Part shown: piece after piece, positions 47,508 through 58,600 of the stretch
How the letters are laid out: the number at the start of each line of letters is the position of its first letter
Numbering within the stretch: position 1 is the stretch's first letter
DNA from: Candidatus Cloacimonadales bacterium
GTDB taxonomy: Bacteria; Cloacimonadota; Cloacimonadia; Cloacimonadales; JAIOQZ01
Assembly (NCBI GenBank): GCA_963665815.1
Contig: OY762463.1
Location: 2,285,949 to 2,349,948 of the forward strand
DNA: 64,000 nt
Direction of reading: 5' to 3'
Program-made: the position numbers and the translations under genes
The notes under the pieces: generated by a model
Told to the model about the DNA's origin: nothing
Database searches by the model: none
Seen by the model: the letters and a program-made list of their open reading frames with translations, nothing else

Positions 47508-49007
47508 TTAAAACTTTTCCAGTACTTTTTCGCAGATTTCTTTCATTTTAGCACGAACTTCATCGGTAATTTTACCTTTAACAAGCTCGTTCATGAAGTC
47601 TTTATGTTGCAGGTCAAGTGTATTGAACAGTTCTTCTTCAACTACCTTGACATTATCTTTTTCAATTTTATCCAGCATTCCGGCATTGGCCATGAAGATA
47701 ATAAAGATCTGTTTAGCTACTGGAAGCGGAGAATATTGTCCCTGTTTGAGAATCTCAATAAGTCTCTCCCCTCTTCTGAGCTGAGCTTGTGTAGCTTTGT
47801 CAAGGTCTGAACCGAACTTGGCAAATGCTTCCAGATCCGCATATTGTGCAAGGTCAAGACGAAGCTGACCAGTTACACCCTTCATTGCTTTAATCTGAGC
47901 GCTACCACCCACACGGGATACAGAGAGACCCGCATTAATAGCAGGACGTACACCGGAGTGGAAAAGTTTGGAACTCAGATAAATCTGACCATCTGTAATA
48001 GAGATCACATTTGTCGGGATATACGCTGTGATGTCATCTGCCTGTGTTTCAATGATAGGCAATGCTGTAAGCGATCCGCCACCACAATCTGCACTGAGTT
48101 TGGAAGCTCTCTCAAGAAGTCTTGAGTGAAGGTAGAAAACGTCTCCCGGATATGCTTCACGTCCCGGAGGTCTTCTGAGAAGGAGTGATAACTCACGATA
48201 AGCAACAGCGTGTTTGGAAAGATCATCATAGATAATCAGAGCATGCTGTCCTTTATCACGGAAGTACTCACCCATAGAGCAACCTGCGTAAGGTGCAAGA
48301 TAGTTAAGTGATGCAGTATCTGAAGCTGATGCGGCAACAATAATTGTATAATCCATTGCACCGTGTTTTTCCAGAGTTTTCACGATTTTAGCAATAGAAG
48401 ATTGTTTCTGACCTACACCAACATACACACAGATAACATCTGTATCTTTCTGGTTTATAATTGTATCGATTGCGATAGCTGTTTTACCGGTTTGACGGTC
48501 ACCGATAATAAGCTCACGCTGTCCTCTTCCGATAGGAATCATGGAGTCGATAGATTTCAGACCTGTTTGAAGAGGTTCCTTCACAGGTTGTCTCTGAATA
48601 ACTCCAAGAGCTTTTCTTTCTACAGGAAGAGTATCTGTTGTTTTAATCTCACCTTTACCGTCAATTGGCTCACCAAGCGGATTAACAACGCGTCCAAGCA
48701 TTGCATCACCAACAGGAACCTGCAGAATTTTTTTGGTTCTTCTTACGATATCCCCTTCTTTAACCTTACGTGTATCACCAAAGATAATACAACCAACATT
48801 ATCTTCTTCAAGGTTAAGAGCCATACCAACAACACCACCAGGAAACTCAATCATTTCTCCAGCCATAACATTGTTCATACCATATACACGGGCAATACCA
48901 TCACCAACCTGCAGAACCTTACCGGTTTCAGCAATGTCAATTTCAAATTTATACTGATTTATTTTCTCTTTCAGAATTGAACTGACTTCATCTGGTTGTA
49001 TTTTCAT
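47508..49007 (-). CDS. atpA: F1 ATP synthase alpha subunit
   Basis: Walker A GDRQTGKT. 499 aa, in the conserved operon position. Confidence 0.95.
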   Translation of the reverse strand: MKIQPDEVSSILKEKINQYKFEIDIAETGKVLQVGDGIARVYGMNNVMAGEMIEFPGGVVGMALNLEEDNVGCIIFGDTRKVKEGDIVRRTKKILQVPVGDAMLGRVVNPLGEPIDGKGEIKTTDTLPVERKALGVIQRQPVKEPLQTGLKSIDSMIPIGRGQRELIIGDRQTGKTAIAIDTIINQKDTDVICVYVGVGQKQSSIAKIVKTLEKHGAMDYTIIVAASASDTASLNYLAPYAGCSMGEYFRDKGQHALIIYDDLSKHAVAYRELSLLLRRPPGREAYPGDVFYLHSRLLERASKLSADCGGGSLTALPIIETQADDITAYIPTNVISITDGQIYLSSKLFHSGVRPAINAGLSVSRVGGSAQIKAMKGVTGQLRLDLAQYADLEAFAKFGSDLDKATQAQLRRGERLIEILKQGQYSPLPVAKQIFIIFMANAGMLDKIEKDNVKVVEEELFNTLDLQHKDFMNELVKGKITDEVRAKMKEICEKVLEKF

Positions 49008-49029
49008 ACTGACCTCAATTTTCTTTTTG

Positions 49030-49563
49030 TTATTTTCTTAATTTCTGGAAACGCATGAGACTGTTAAGAATTGACCCGTCAATGGTCATTGAGTCTGTTT
49101 CGGCAACAAAGCCACCGATCAGCTCCTCATGTATTTCTTTTTTCAGGATTACAGTTCTATGCAGCACAGATTTCAAATACTCGGCAACTTTCGATTCGGA
49201 TTCAGGTGTTAAATCTCTTGCAATTTTGAGATTAACAACAACTTCGTCTCTTCTTTCATGCACCATGTTCTCAATTTCATCAAATATATCAGAAATCAGA
49301 ATAAATCTGTGTTTCTTTATCAGCAGTTGGAACATTGAGTTCCATTTTTCCGTATTAACTGTTCCGACTAATACATCTTTTACCAATTCGAGCCTTTTCT
49401 GCAAAGGTAATAATTGCGTGTGAAGACTCTGCTCAACTTCAGGATATTGCTTTAAAACAGCTTTCAGAGTTTCAATGTCAGTGAGTAAAGATTCCAATTG
49501 AGCAGTCTCAAAGTTTTCAACTATTGCTTTTGCATAACGTTGAGCAATTAATCTTTGTCTCAC
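49030..49563 (-). CDS. atpH: ATP synthase delta (OSCP) subunit
   Basis: 177 aa. N-terminus [10 protein letters not shown] is typical of OSCP. Lies between atpF and atpA. Confidence 0.8.
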   Translation of the reverse strand: MRQRLIAQRYAKAIVENFETAQLESLLTDIETLKAVLKQYPEVEQSLHTQLLPLQKRLELVKDVLVGTVNTEKWNSMFQLLIKKHRFILISDIFDEIENMVHERRDEVVVNLKIARDLTPESESKVAEYLKSVLHRTVILKKEIHEELIGGFVAETDSMTIDGSILNSLMRFQKLRK

Positions 49564-50042
49564 TTATCGCCTCTTTCTGTTATAAGCTGATTGATGACAC
49601 TATCATCAATTTTTGTGTTAATTTCCTTACCTATCACTTTTGAAGATAACGCTGAAACCATTGCAGCAAGATCTCCCTCAAGACTTCGCATAGCTTTTAC
49701 CTTTTCAGTTTTAAGCTGAGCTTCTGTATCTTGAAGTATCTTTTTCTCCTGGTTTTTAGCCATTTTGATGATATCATTAGCCTGCTCATCAGCATCTCTC
49801 TGAGCTTTCTGCTTCAGTTTTCTGATCTCTTCAGATGAACCTTTCAGTTCTTCTTCTCTTTTATGAACCAGAACTTCAGCTTCTGCTTTTGCTTCTTTGG
49901 CTTCTTTAATATCTTCAGCTATTCGCGTTTGTCTCTCAGCAAGGAAATTCTTTATCGGTTTGTACAATAACTTGTTCAATACAAATAAGATAAGAACAAA
50001 GTTAAGTACTACGATAATAAGTGAATAATCTATACTGATCAT
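49560..50042 (-). CDS. atpF: F0 ATP synthase b subunit
   Basis: Single N-terminal TM (IIVVLNFVLILFVLNKLLYKPI), then a long charged helix. 4-nt overlap with atpH. Confidence 0.85.
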   Translation of the reverse strand: MISIDYSLIIVVLNFVLILFVLNKLLYKPIKNFLAERQTRIAEDIKEAKEAKAEAEVLVHKREEELKGSSEEIRKLKQKAQRDADEQANDIIKMAKNQEKKILQDTEAQLKTEKVKAMRSLEGDLAAMVSALSSKVIGKEINTKIDDSVINQLITERGDK

Positions 50043-50093
50043 ATTTTCTCCAGTGTTAAATTGCGTTAATTAGTTCTTCTAAATGTTTCGATC

Positions 50094-50348
50094 TTATTTT
50101 GCAAATATCAGAAGAAGTGCAATCACGAGAGAATAGATACCAGTAGACTCGGAAACTGCCTGACCAACAAGCATTGTACGAGTAATAAGACTTGCATTTT
50201 CAGGGGTTCTTGCGATACCTTCACAAGCTTTACCTGCAACAAATCCCTCACCAACTCCTGGTCCTAATGCACCAATTCCCATGCATATTCCCGCACCTAA
50301 AAGTGCAGCTGCCTTTTCAATTCCTTGAGCTAATGTAGCTGAATCCAT
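50094..50348 (-). CDS. atpE: F0 ATP synthase c subunit (single hairpin, 84 aa)
   Basis: ATG at 50348 sits 5 nt after GGAGG; the track start at 50360 is a TTG overlapping that [16 protein letters not shown]...[23 protein letters not shown] is closely similar to Na+-type c subunits. Confidence 0.9.
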   Translation of the reverse strand: MDSATLAQGIEKAAALLGAGICMGIGALGPGVGEGFVAGKACEGIARTPENASLITRTMLVGQAVSESTGIYSLVIALLLIFAK

Positions 50349-50388
50349 GAATTCCTCCAAGTTTTTTATTATTGTTTATGTTTTTGAT

Positions 50389-51144
50389 TTATTTTCCAGT
50401 AAAAATTAATAAGAATGATATTACTAGTGAATAAATAGCCGTTGATTCTGAAACTGCTGCTCCGAGAAACATTGTTCTCATGATTGTTGAACGCTCTTCG
50501 GGAAATCTGCCAAGCATATCGCAGGCTCTTCCCGCAACGTATCCAATACCGGATCCGGGACCTAGTGTTCCGAGTCCGATGGATAATCCTGCACCGACAA
50601 AAGCAATAGATGTTGAGATAATCTTAGCTAACTCAATACCTGCAGGTTGATTTGGTGTTGAATACACTAAAAGAAGTGATACAACAAGTGCAAATATTGA
50701 TGAAGTCTGAGCAAGTGCCTGTCCAACAAGCATATTGGTCATAATTGCGTTTCCGTGTTTTGGCATTCTACCAATTGATTTACATGCCTGTCCACCGACG
50801 TATCCGGCTCCCATTGCAGGTCCTACTGCTCCAATTCCCACTGCGAGACCGGCAGCCAGTAATGCTGCAGCTTTGAACCATCCGCCTTCCGGTGTATCAA
50901 AACCACCGAAAAGGAGAAGCAATGCAATTACAAGAGAGAAGATACCTCCGGTACCGGTAGCAGCCTGTCCAATCAGCATTGATCTGAATATTGAGTCCTG
51001 TGCCTTAGGCTGTTTCATTAATGCATAAGCAGCTTCATCTGCAATCACACCTGAACCTATACCGGTTGTAACAGATGCAATACCAACAGATAAACCGGCT
51101 CCCAAAAAACCAGCCATTCTAATTATTGAAGTTGTAATTTCCAT
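50389..51144 (-). CDS. Triplicated F0 c-subunit (three fused hairpins, six TM helices, 251 aa)
   Basis: Three internal repeats, each alignable to the adjacent atpE product. The carboxylate position reads G64, Q146 and E233. GGAGA RBS. Lies between atpB and atpE. Confidence 0.85.
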   Translation of the reverse strand: MEITTSIIRMAGFLGAGLSVGIASVTTGIGSGVIADEAAYALMKQPKAQDSIFRSMLIGQAATGTGGIFSLVIALLLLFGGFDTPEGGWFKAAALLAAGLAVGIGAVGPAMGAGYVGGQACKSIGRMPKHGNAIMTNMLVGQALAQTSSIFALVVSLLLVYSTPNQPAGIELAKIISTSIAFVGAGLSIGLGTLGPGSGIGYVAGRACDMLGRFPEERSTIMRTMFLGAAVSESTAIYSLVISFLLIFTGK

Positions 51145-51159
51145 ATATTCTCCGACAAA

Positions 51160-52095
51160 TTATTCTTCGTTAATTTCAACACCGATATAAGTCAGTGCCA
51201 GCATTGTGAAAACAAATGCCTGTACGGTTCCCACGAATACACCAAAAAACAGTCCAAGTCCAACAGGCAATATAATGAATTTTACAAGTGATGAAACCAC
51301 AAGTATAATGATTGCTCCACCAAGGATGTTACCGAAAAGACGGAAAGCGATTGAAACTGCTTTAGCAAGCTCTCCAACAAGATTTAATGGGAATAAAAAC
51401 CACAATGGTTCTGCATATCCTTTCAAGTAAGCCCCAAAACCTTTTACCTTGATTGCCATGAAATGAACGACTCCAACCGCAAGAATACCCATTCCAAGAG
51501 GAACGTTCAGGTTTCTTGTAGGTTCCATAAATCCAGGAATAGGAACAAGACCAATCATGTTACAGCTCCAGATGAAGATGAAAATCGTCACCACATAAGG
51601 TGTGAAATGAAGTCTGTCTTTTCCAAGGGTCTCACCTACAAAGTCTTCGAAGAAAGTATAAATCATTTCGAACAGTATCTGTGGTTTAGACGGTCTGTCA
51701 AAAAGACTTTTCTTCACAAGCACTGCTATTAATAATAGTATAATATCAAGAATAAGCAGCATTTTCAGAAGCTTGTAAGTACCTATCGGAGTTTTGGTAA
51801 ATTTCGCAAAGAAATCATAAAGATGTTCGCTGCCGAGTATGACCTTTTCGTGACCGTGCTCAATAACGTATTCATCTGTCTGAAAATCCTCCGAAATTCT
51901 CTGTTGAAGGTCGAATTCTGTTTGTTGATGTGTGATAACAAACTTGCCTTTTTCGCCGAACTTGCCTTCTTTATCTACACCAATAACCAGTTCCTTGGTA
52001 AAGTTACCGGAAAACCATACCAGTGCAAACTCAATGACAAGAAAAATCAGCATCAGAGTCAGCAAGCTGTTCTTTTTCTTTGATTTGTTAGCCAT
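51160..52095 (-). CDS. atpB: F0 ATP synthase a subunit
   Basis: AFRLFGNILGG contains the essential Arg. 311 aa. Overlaps the atpI stop. Confidence 0.9.
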   Translation of the reverse strand: MANKSKKKNSLLTLMLIFLVIEFALVWFSGNFTKELVIGVDKEGKFGEKGKFVITHQQTEFDLQQRISEDFQTDEYVIEHGHEKVILGSEHLYDFFAKFTKTPIGTYKLLKMLLILDIILLLIAVLVKKSLFDRPSKPQILFEMIYTFFEDFVGETLGKDRLHFTPYVVTIFIFIWSCNMIGLVPIPGFMEPTRNLNVPLGMGILAVGVVHFMAIKVKGFGAYLKGYAEPLWFLFPLNLVGELAKAVSIAFRLFGNILGGAIIILVVSSLVKFIILPVGLGLFFGVFVGTVQAFVFTMLALTYIGVEINEE

Positions 52096-52483
52096 TTGAT
52101 CCTCTATAGTATTTATTATTTTTAAACTGACGGTAAAACTCGTAGATGTATATAATTATCTGTGAAGATAAAAGCCCGGCTCCAAAAACCATAATATTGG
52201 GTTTCATAAATTTAACGATTATTGCCGAGTACACTGCAAGAAACAGAAAGCGAAGAAAATACCCTTTTGATGATCTTTTCTTCGTACCTGTAATTCCAAG
52301 CTGCAGGCTTCTATATACATCGAAAGCTAACCAAAGGAAAAAAATCAGGCTACCCAGACTACCAGTAATCCAGGCTAACGACATTTTAATATCGAATGGT
52401 ATTGCTATTGTCGCAACTATGATTGTCAAGAAATTAATTCCCGCAATTGTAATAATGTATTTTTTGTTTCGCGTTGAAAGCAT
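52088..52483 (-). CDS. atpI: ATP synthase protein I-like small membrane protein
   Basis: 131-aa protein with 4 hydrophobic helices as the first gene of the operon. The call is by position and topology only. Confidence 0.55.
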   Translation of the reverse strand: MLSTRNKKYIITIAGINFLTIIVATIAIPFDIKMSLAWITGSLGSLIFFLWLAFDVYRSLQLGITGTKKRSSKGYFLRFLFLAVYSAIIVKFMKPNIMVFGAGLLSSQIIIYIYEFYRQFKNNKYYRGSNG

Positions 52484-52553
52484 TGTTTATCTATCCTGTA
52501 TATTCGTGTTATCTCATTCTATGTTCTTTCTAAATCCATAATATATAATGAAG

Positions 52554-53126
52554 TTATCTATTTTGTTTGTCAAACTTTATTAATATTGCAGGATCAATTT
52601 TTTCACCTGACTCTATTATCTCAAAGTGAAGATGAGGATCTGTACTCTTTCCAGTATTGCCTACAAGCGCAATTACGTCATCAATATACACATACTCTTT
52701 TAACTTTACAAACACTTTTGACGCATGTGCATATTTTGTTTTATATCCGTTCAAGTGATCAATTACAAGATAATTTCCATAAATTTCATCATAACCTTTA
52801 TCAACAACAACCCCCACTGCAGATGGAACTATCTTTGTTCCTGTAACCGCAGCTAAATCAATTCCTTTATGTATATCGGAGAATCGCTGACTGACGACAT
52901 ACTTCCCGTAAACAGGAACCTGACGGGGAATACTGTCACTATAGTCATTATAACGTTTCTTACCTGATCCGGATTTATTCGATACTGTACTTACCTTAAA
53001 ATTTTCCAACTCTCCTGTAAGTTGAACAATCTCTGCTTTCTGTTTGCCGACAAGGCTGAACTGAAAATAGACTGCCCCAATCAGTAATACAATAATTAAG
53101 AGAAGTCCTGCCAGTATAACTTTCAT
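52554..53126 (-). CDS. M23-family metallopeptidase (membrane-anchored)
   Basis: HKGIDLAA and GNTGKSTDPHLHFEI motifs. N-terminal TM. Confidence 0.85.
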   Translation of the reverse strand: MKVILAGLLLIIVLLIGAVYFQFSLVGKQKAEIVQLTGELENFKVSTVSNKSGSGKKRYNDYSDSIPRQVPVYGKYVVSQRFSDIHKGIDLAAVTGTKIVPSAVGVVVDKGYDEIYGNYLVIDHLNGYKTKYAHASKVFVKLKEYVYIDDVIALVGNTGKSTDPHLHFEIIESGEKIDPAILIKFDKQNR

Positions 53127-53127
53127 A

Positions 53128-53976
53128 TCACTTCAAAAGTTTTTTCAGAAGCTGTATTCTCTCGTCTTCATTCTTATAGAAGAATGATATTTTGCCTTTG
53201 CTGTTCTTGTCAGCAATTTTTACTTTGAATCCAAAGTTCTTCTTAAGTTGAAGTTCCATCTCACCTAGAACAACTTTTTTCCCTTCAGGTACTTTAGGAA
53301 GCTCAGTTTTGTCAGGAGATGCCAGAAATTCTTTTGCTGCTTTCTCGGTTTTCCTTACAGACAGCTCATTCTTGATAATAAAATCTGAAAATTCAACCTG
53401 ATTCTCTTCCGGTAACGTAAGTATTGCTCTGGCATGACCTGATGATAGTTTCTGCCCTCTGACAAGCTCCCTGACCTCAGGATGTAGCTTTAAAAGCCTG
53501 AGAGAATTAGTTACAGTCGCTCTGTCTTTACCAATGATTTCCGATATCTGGGCATGAGTTAAAGAGAATTCCTCATGAAGCTGCATATATGCCTCTGCCT
53601 CATCCATAGAGTTCAAATTCTCTCGCTGTATGTTCTCAATAATTGCAAATTGCAAAAGTTGTTTCTTAGATACACTTCTTATTATCACAGGAATCTCACT
53701 GAAGCCTGCCAGCTTGGAAGCTTCCAGTCTTCGTTCTCCCGCAATCAGTTCATATTGTGAATTCTCACACTTAGAAACGATTATCGGCTGAATAAGCCCG
53801 TTTTCTTTTAATGACTGTGCCAGTTCCTGAAGTTTTACCTGATCGAAAACTTTTCTCGGCTGATATCTGTTGGGTCTTATTTTACTTACATCAATTGTTG
53901 TAATCCCGGTTGTTCTGTCCGTGGATTCCGGCCCCGATTTTATCAGAGCATCAAGTCCTCTTCCTAATCTACTCAT
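53128..53976 (-). CDS. parB: Chromosome partitioning protein ParB/Spo0J
   Basis: IQPIIV and LIAGERRLEASKLAG (ParB box), followed by an HTH region. ATGA overlap with parA. Confidence 0.9.
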   Translation of the reverse strand: MSRLGRGLDALIKSGPESTDRTTGITTIDVSKIRPNRYQPRKVFDQVKLQELAQSLKENGLIQPIIVSKCENSQYELIAGERRLEASKLAGFSEIPVIIRSVSKKQLLQFAIIENIQRENLNSMDEAEAYMQLHEEFSLTHAQISEIIGKDRATVTNSLRLLKLHPEVRELVRGQKLSSGHARAILTLPEENQVEFSDFIIKNELSVRKTEKAAKEFLASPDKTELPKVPEGKKVVLGEMELQLKKNFGFKVKIADKNSKGKISFFYKNEDERIQLLKKLLK

Positions 53977-54731
53977 CTTTTTATCACTTCCGCCGCAAAT
54001 TGCAAATAATTGCGCGCGCCTTTGGATGTTATATCATAATGAAAAATTGATTTACCAAAACTCGGTGCTTCACTGAGCTTTACATTTCTATGTATAATTG
54101 TGTTAAATACTTTTTCCCTGAAATAGCGTCTTACTTCTTTTGCTACCTGATTTGAGAGATTTAGTCTTTTATCATACATTGTAAGCAGAACTCCCAGAAT
54201 ATTCAGGTCAGGATTAAGATTTTTCTGAATAAGATTTACAGTATTTAAGAGCTGACTTACTCCCTCAAGAGCAAAGTACTCACACTGAATAGGTATAAGT
54301 ACATCTGTACACGCAGTAAGAGCATTAACCGTAAGTAACCCGAGAGAAGGAGGACAATCAATGATAACATAATCATATTTGTCATTAATGCTCTCTAATG
54401 CTTTTTTTAGCTTATGTTCCCTTGAGAATTCTTTTACAAGTTCTATTTCTGCACCTGTAAGGTCTATATTGCTTGGCGCTAAGTCAAGATGTTCTATATA
54501 TGAAGGAACAATAACGTCCTCAATGTTAACTTTTTTAACCAGTGCATCATAAATATGTATCTTCAGGTTAGAAGTATCTACACCCAACCCGCTAGATGCA
54601 TTACCCTGAGGATCAAAATCAATCAACAGGGTTCGTTTTTCATGAATTCCCAGAGCTGCTGCAAGATTGACTGAGGTAGTAGTTTTACCAACTCCCCCCT
54701 TTTGATTCACAACAGTTATGATTTTTTTCAT
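53973..54731 (-). CDS. parA: Chromosome partitioning ATPase ParA/Soj
   Basis: Deviant Walker A NQKGGVGKTTTSVNLA. IIDCPPSLG. Confidence 0.9.
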   Translation of the reverse strand: MKKIITVVNQKGGVGKTTTSVNLAAALGIHEKRTLLIDFDPQGNASSGLGVDTSNLKIHIYDALVKKVNIEDVIVPSYIEHLDLAPSNIDLTGAEIELVKEFSREHKLKKALESINDKYDYVIIDCPPSLGLLTVNALTACTDVLIPIQCEYFALEGVSQLLNTVNLIQKNLNPDLNILGVLLTMYDKRLNLSNQVAKEVRRYFREKVFNTIIHRNVKLSEAPSFGKSIFHYDITSKGARNYLQFAAEVIKR

Positions 54732-54732
54732 T

Positions 54733-55344
54733 CTATTTAAATACCTTTATAAGTTTTCTGGTTCCGATAGCCGGATGGCTGACATCAATAATCTTTTTCT
54801 TCTTGAAAATGTCAGTATCATCATGATTCTCTGATTTATATAAAATCATGCAACCATTGTTTTTAAGTATCCTCATAAGTACTTTTTTGAACTGTGGAAG
54901 GATTCTTACGGATCGACATACAATAACATCAAAAAGACCTTCCCATTCATCAACAGGACACTCTTCTAATCTGTACGAAACAGGAAAACATGAATCTAAG
55001 TCAAGATTTTTGACAATTTTTTTCAGGCATTCTATCTTCTTCTTTCTGGAATCAAGCAATACAACTTCAGAGTCGGGATACATAATACTCAATGGTATAC
55101 CCGGAAGCCCACCGCCAGTACCGAAATCAAGAATAGTTTTTCCTGCAAAATTATAATGATCTACAGAGAGCAGAGAATCCATTATATGAATTGTCCATAT
55201 TTTATCAGGATTTGTTTTACGTGAAACAAGGTTAACCTTCTGATTTTCCTCAAGCAGTAATTCATGATATCTCTCTATGAGAGAATATTTTCGTTCGTCA
55301 GAAAATCTTTCTGAATAGAATTCAGTAAATACTTTTTTAGACAT
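54733..55344 (-). CDS. rsmG: 16S rRNA (guanine527-N7)-methyltransferase RsmG (GidB)
   Basis: ILDFGTGGGLPGIPL SAM-binding motif. Classic rsmG-parA-parB order. Confidence 0.85.
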   Translation of the reverse strand: MSKKVFTEFYSERFSDERKYSLIERYHELLLEENQKVNLVSRKTNPDKIWTIHIMDSLLSVDHYNFAGKTILDFGTGGGLPGIPLSIMYPDSEVVLLDSRKKKIECLKKIVKNLDLDSCFPVSYRLEECPVDEWEGLFDVIVCRSVRILPQFKKVLMRILKNNGCMILYKSENHDDTDIFKKKKIIDVSHPAIGTRKLIKVFK

Positions 55345-55671
55345 TTTTACTCCTGAAAATATTTCAGAAAACTACAGTTGAAATGTCAATCAGAAAATAT
55401 ACCAGAAATTTTAATATCTTCTACTATGCTTTACAAGTCAACAATCCAAAAAGGATATTTTATATTTCCCTTACATGTTAATTAATTCATTTTTTTTGAT
55501 TAGATAATTGAAATTATACCCTATACTCTGTTAGCCTTATTCGGCAATTTTCAACATCAGTAAATATAAGTGAAATCTGGGGCACTGAATAATACACTGT
55601 CAGTTCAAATATTTTCCATGAAATATTTGACTTAAAAATAAATATACTATCTTATTGGTAAAGAGGTGACT

Positions 55672-58600
55672 ATGAGATACATTAATATTTTTCTAATTTT
55701 TATTTTCTGTTTTCAGCTGCATGCAGTTGTACAGGAATCCGCATCATTAAAAGACTTTCTATATGGTGAAACCGATCAAACCGCTTATGACAACTTTCAA
55801 AGTCATATTATTGAAGGAGTTGATCATAACATTAACGACCACGCTCCTTACGATCCGCATACCGATGGATTCGGAACATTCACTGTCCCAACGGATACCG
55901 ATACTCTGAACTGGGCACAACTTATTCAGTTTTTTCTGGATGAAAACCTGCAATCTGCCGATTCATTGATTCAGGAATTAAATCTACCTTATGAAATTGT
56001 TGAATTCAATGATACCGATGTAAACAGAAACTACATTATGTTAAGAGAGCTTGTTGATACAACATATGTTGATACTAACAGCACAGATGGTTATATTGAA
56101 CGTGGCAGCTTTAACAAAGGCTGGGGACTATACATATATAACCCAAACAGTTTTTATGATAACATAATTACTACTCCTCACCCAAGCGATGACTTTATCA
56201 CAATACCGGTTTCCTGCTATGCATTCCAGGAACTCAATGCAAAATACTGGCTCATAAGCAATGTCAGCCGTGAAGCCGCTCACAGTGGAACAAACTTTAC
56301 AAATGGTACATCACTATCTGATCCAACCAGAAATTCCTGCCACCCATACAATACTACTTACAAAGCAATTGCCAATAAAGTAAGACAAGAGACAGGCGAA
56401 AGAGAATTCTGTGTACAAATTCACTCGTATGACTGGGATAATACCGGTCCCCATAGACCTATAGAACTGTCAATGGGACCTTTTAATGATAAAACATCCC
56501 TTCCAACCAGAGACTTCAGCAGTCAGCATCGAGATCTGGTTAATTTTACAGATGAGATAGTTGTTCCTGCAAATTCGGTGGGAATTCATGACCAGATCAG
56601 AGTTGAAGACTACTATTGCATAAATAATGGAACAGAACCAATCTATTTCTATGGAGAAAATCAGGACTATGCAATAGATAACCAGATATGGCTTGAAGGG
56701 TATCATTATAATGTTCAGATGAGATATACTAATGACAATTATAATGATTATGAAGTATTCGACCCGTTTTTCCATATTGAAATGCACGAACTTCCTTATG
56801 TATATGCGACTAATGATTCGACCTACAGATGGTTTTATGAACAGACCGGTCCGTCATTTAAATCTAGATTCGATAAAATGTTCGTTTTTTATGCCCCGTG
56901 GGTGGATGCCTTAGATGAAGCTATGAGATACTATAACAGGAGAAATGACTATCAGACACCTGATGCTCCCCAACTGACCCAGCTGTCAACTCTGCCTGAA
57001 ATCTCCTGGACACGTGCTGATTGTTATGATTTTGCAACATATCGTATCTTCTACTCAGACAGCACAATAACAGATCCGCCGGACAGTACGGTAAGCTATA
57101 TTGACAGGAACAGCATGGAAACTTTAGCCCAGCCTACATTCAACAGTTATACTGATGAAGTAGTTTCCCTTATAGGTAAATATGTCAGAGTTCAAACTGT
57201 AGACCAGAACGGGCATGAATCTGACCTGTCCAATGAAATCATTGTAGTATCAAGCAATGTAAATATCAGTCAATTCAGTATTACTCCCGGAGACAATGGT
57301 GTAACAGTATCATGGACAACAACAAGCCAGACAAACAACTCAGGATTTCTGTTGAAACGAACAGAATATCCATTTGATCAGACTCAGACTCTTTTCAGCT
57401 ATGTTTCTGATCTGGCAATGCTGGGATACAATCAGGCAGGAACACGAAATTATTCAGTAACTGACAATTCTGTTGTAGATGGCGGAATTTATAAGTATTC
57501 ATTGTACTCTCACAATAGTCAGTTGAATGCTGATGTTCCCCTGTATCTGAATCAAGAGCTAAATATTGTACCTTATTATAATCTGGTATTAGATCGAAAC
57601 GGAGTAACGGAAGAAAGTACATTCGGAATGAATTTCTTTGCTTCGGATGGTTACTCAGATGATTTTGATGAGACTACATCCCTGTACAACAGGTCTCAAT
57701 ATGTAGTCTTTACAAGTCCTCCTATGCCAAGATCTTATGAAACAATGATTCATGAAGCATTCGATCCAAATGAAGTATGGAAAGAGTGGCCTGTTAAAAT
57801 AAAGAATCAGTCAGGAGAAAACGGTGAAGTATACATGGATCCTTTACCTGCATCAATGCATCAGGGAGGAAGGTTATTCATGACAGACGGTACAAACTGT
57901 ATCAATCTTCTAACTGATACTTTAGCAGTGCCTAACGGCATCAGTGGGGACTATTACACAATGTACTGGGGTAATATTCAGCCAAATATCAGTCAGAACA
58001 TGGATATTACTAAATACTACCATGCTGGCGATACACTCACATTGAACTGGAGTTCTGACAGAGAATATATGATTAAAAAACATTATCTGACAGTTATGGA
58101 CCATTCCGGCACACAAACGCTGGTAGATTCAATCTATTCTACTACTAACAGTTATGAGATTATTCCGGATGGAACATACTCCGACTCTGTTTTCTTCACT
58201 CTTCATACAATACTGTACGACGATGATGAAATTTCAATTGATTTCCCAGTTATTCATGTTTATAATAATACACAGAGCTACGCTCTTGAAGAAGGTATTC
58301 AGCTACTGAATGTACACAACCTGAACTCAAATATTAATATAAATACAATGCTGAGCGATCTTGTTCATTTTTACAGTTATGATGACAGTTCTTTCACCCA
58401 GCATATTACAATGACCTCTGGGACCTATGCAGTAGAATCTGATCAGACCTATCAATTTTCTGAGCAAACTCCTGCATACCCGAATTCCACAAACTCTGTT
58501 TTGCTTTCACAAGGATGGAACCTGATAGGATCTCCATTCCCTCATGATTATCCATTATCTGCAGTCAAAATCATTCAGAATAATCAGGAGACAACTTATA

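Noticed and set aside
48363-48980. 205-aa ORF on the plus strand inside atpA. Similar antisense or out-of-frame ORFs lie inside atpD (45861..46525), atpB, the RND permease, the T9SS cargo genes, the RDD genes, yfhO and the GT genes.
   Set aside because: They lie entirely within well-supported genes on the opposite strand or in another frame. Their translations are low-complexity, with no start context or recognisable motifs. These are typical shadow ORFs in AT-rich DNA.
55345-55671. Possible oriC next to rsmG-parA-parB.
   Set aside because: The spacer is AT-rich, but I found no TTATCCACA-type DnaA boxes here or elsewhere in the window. No dnaA or dnaN gene is present, so there is no support for an origin call.
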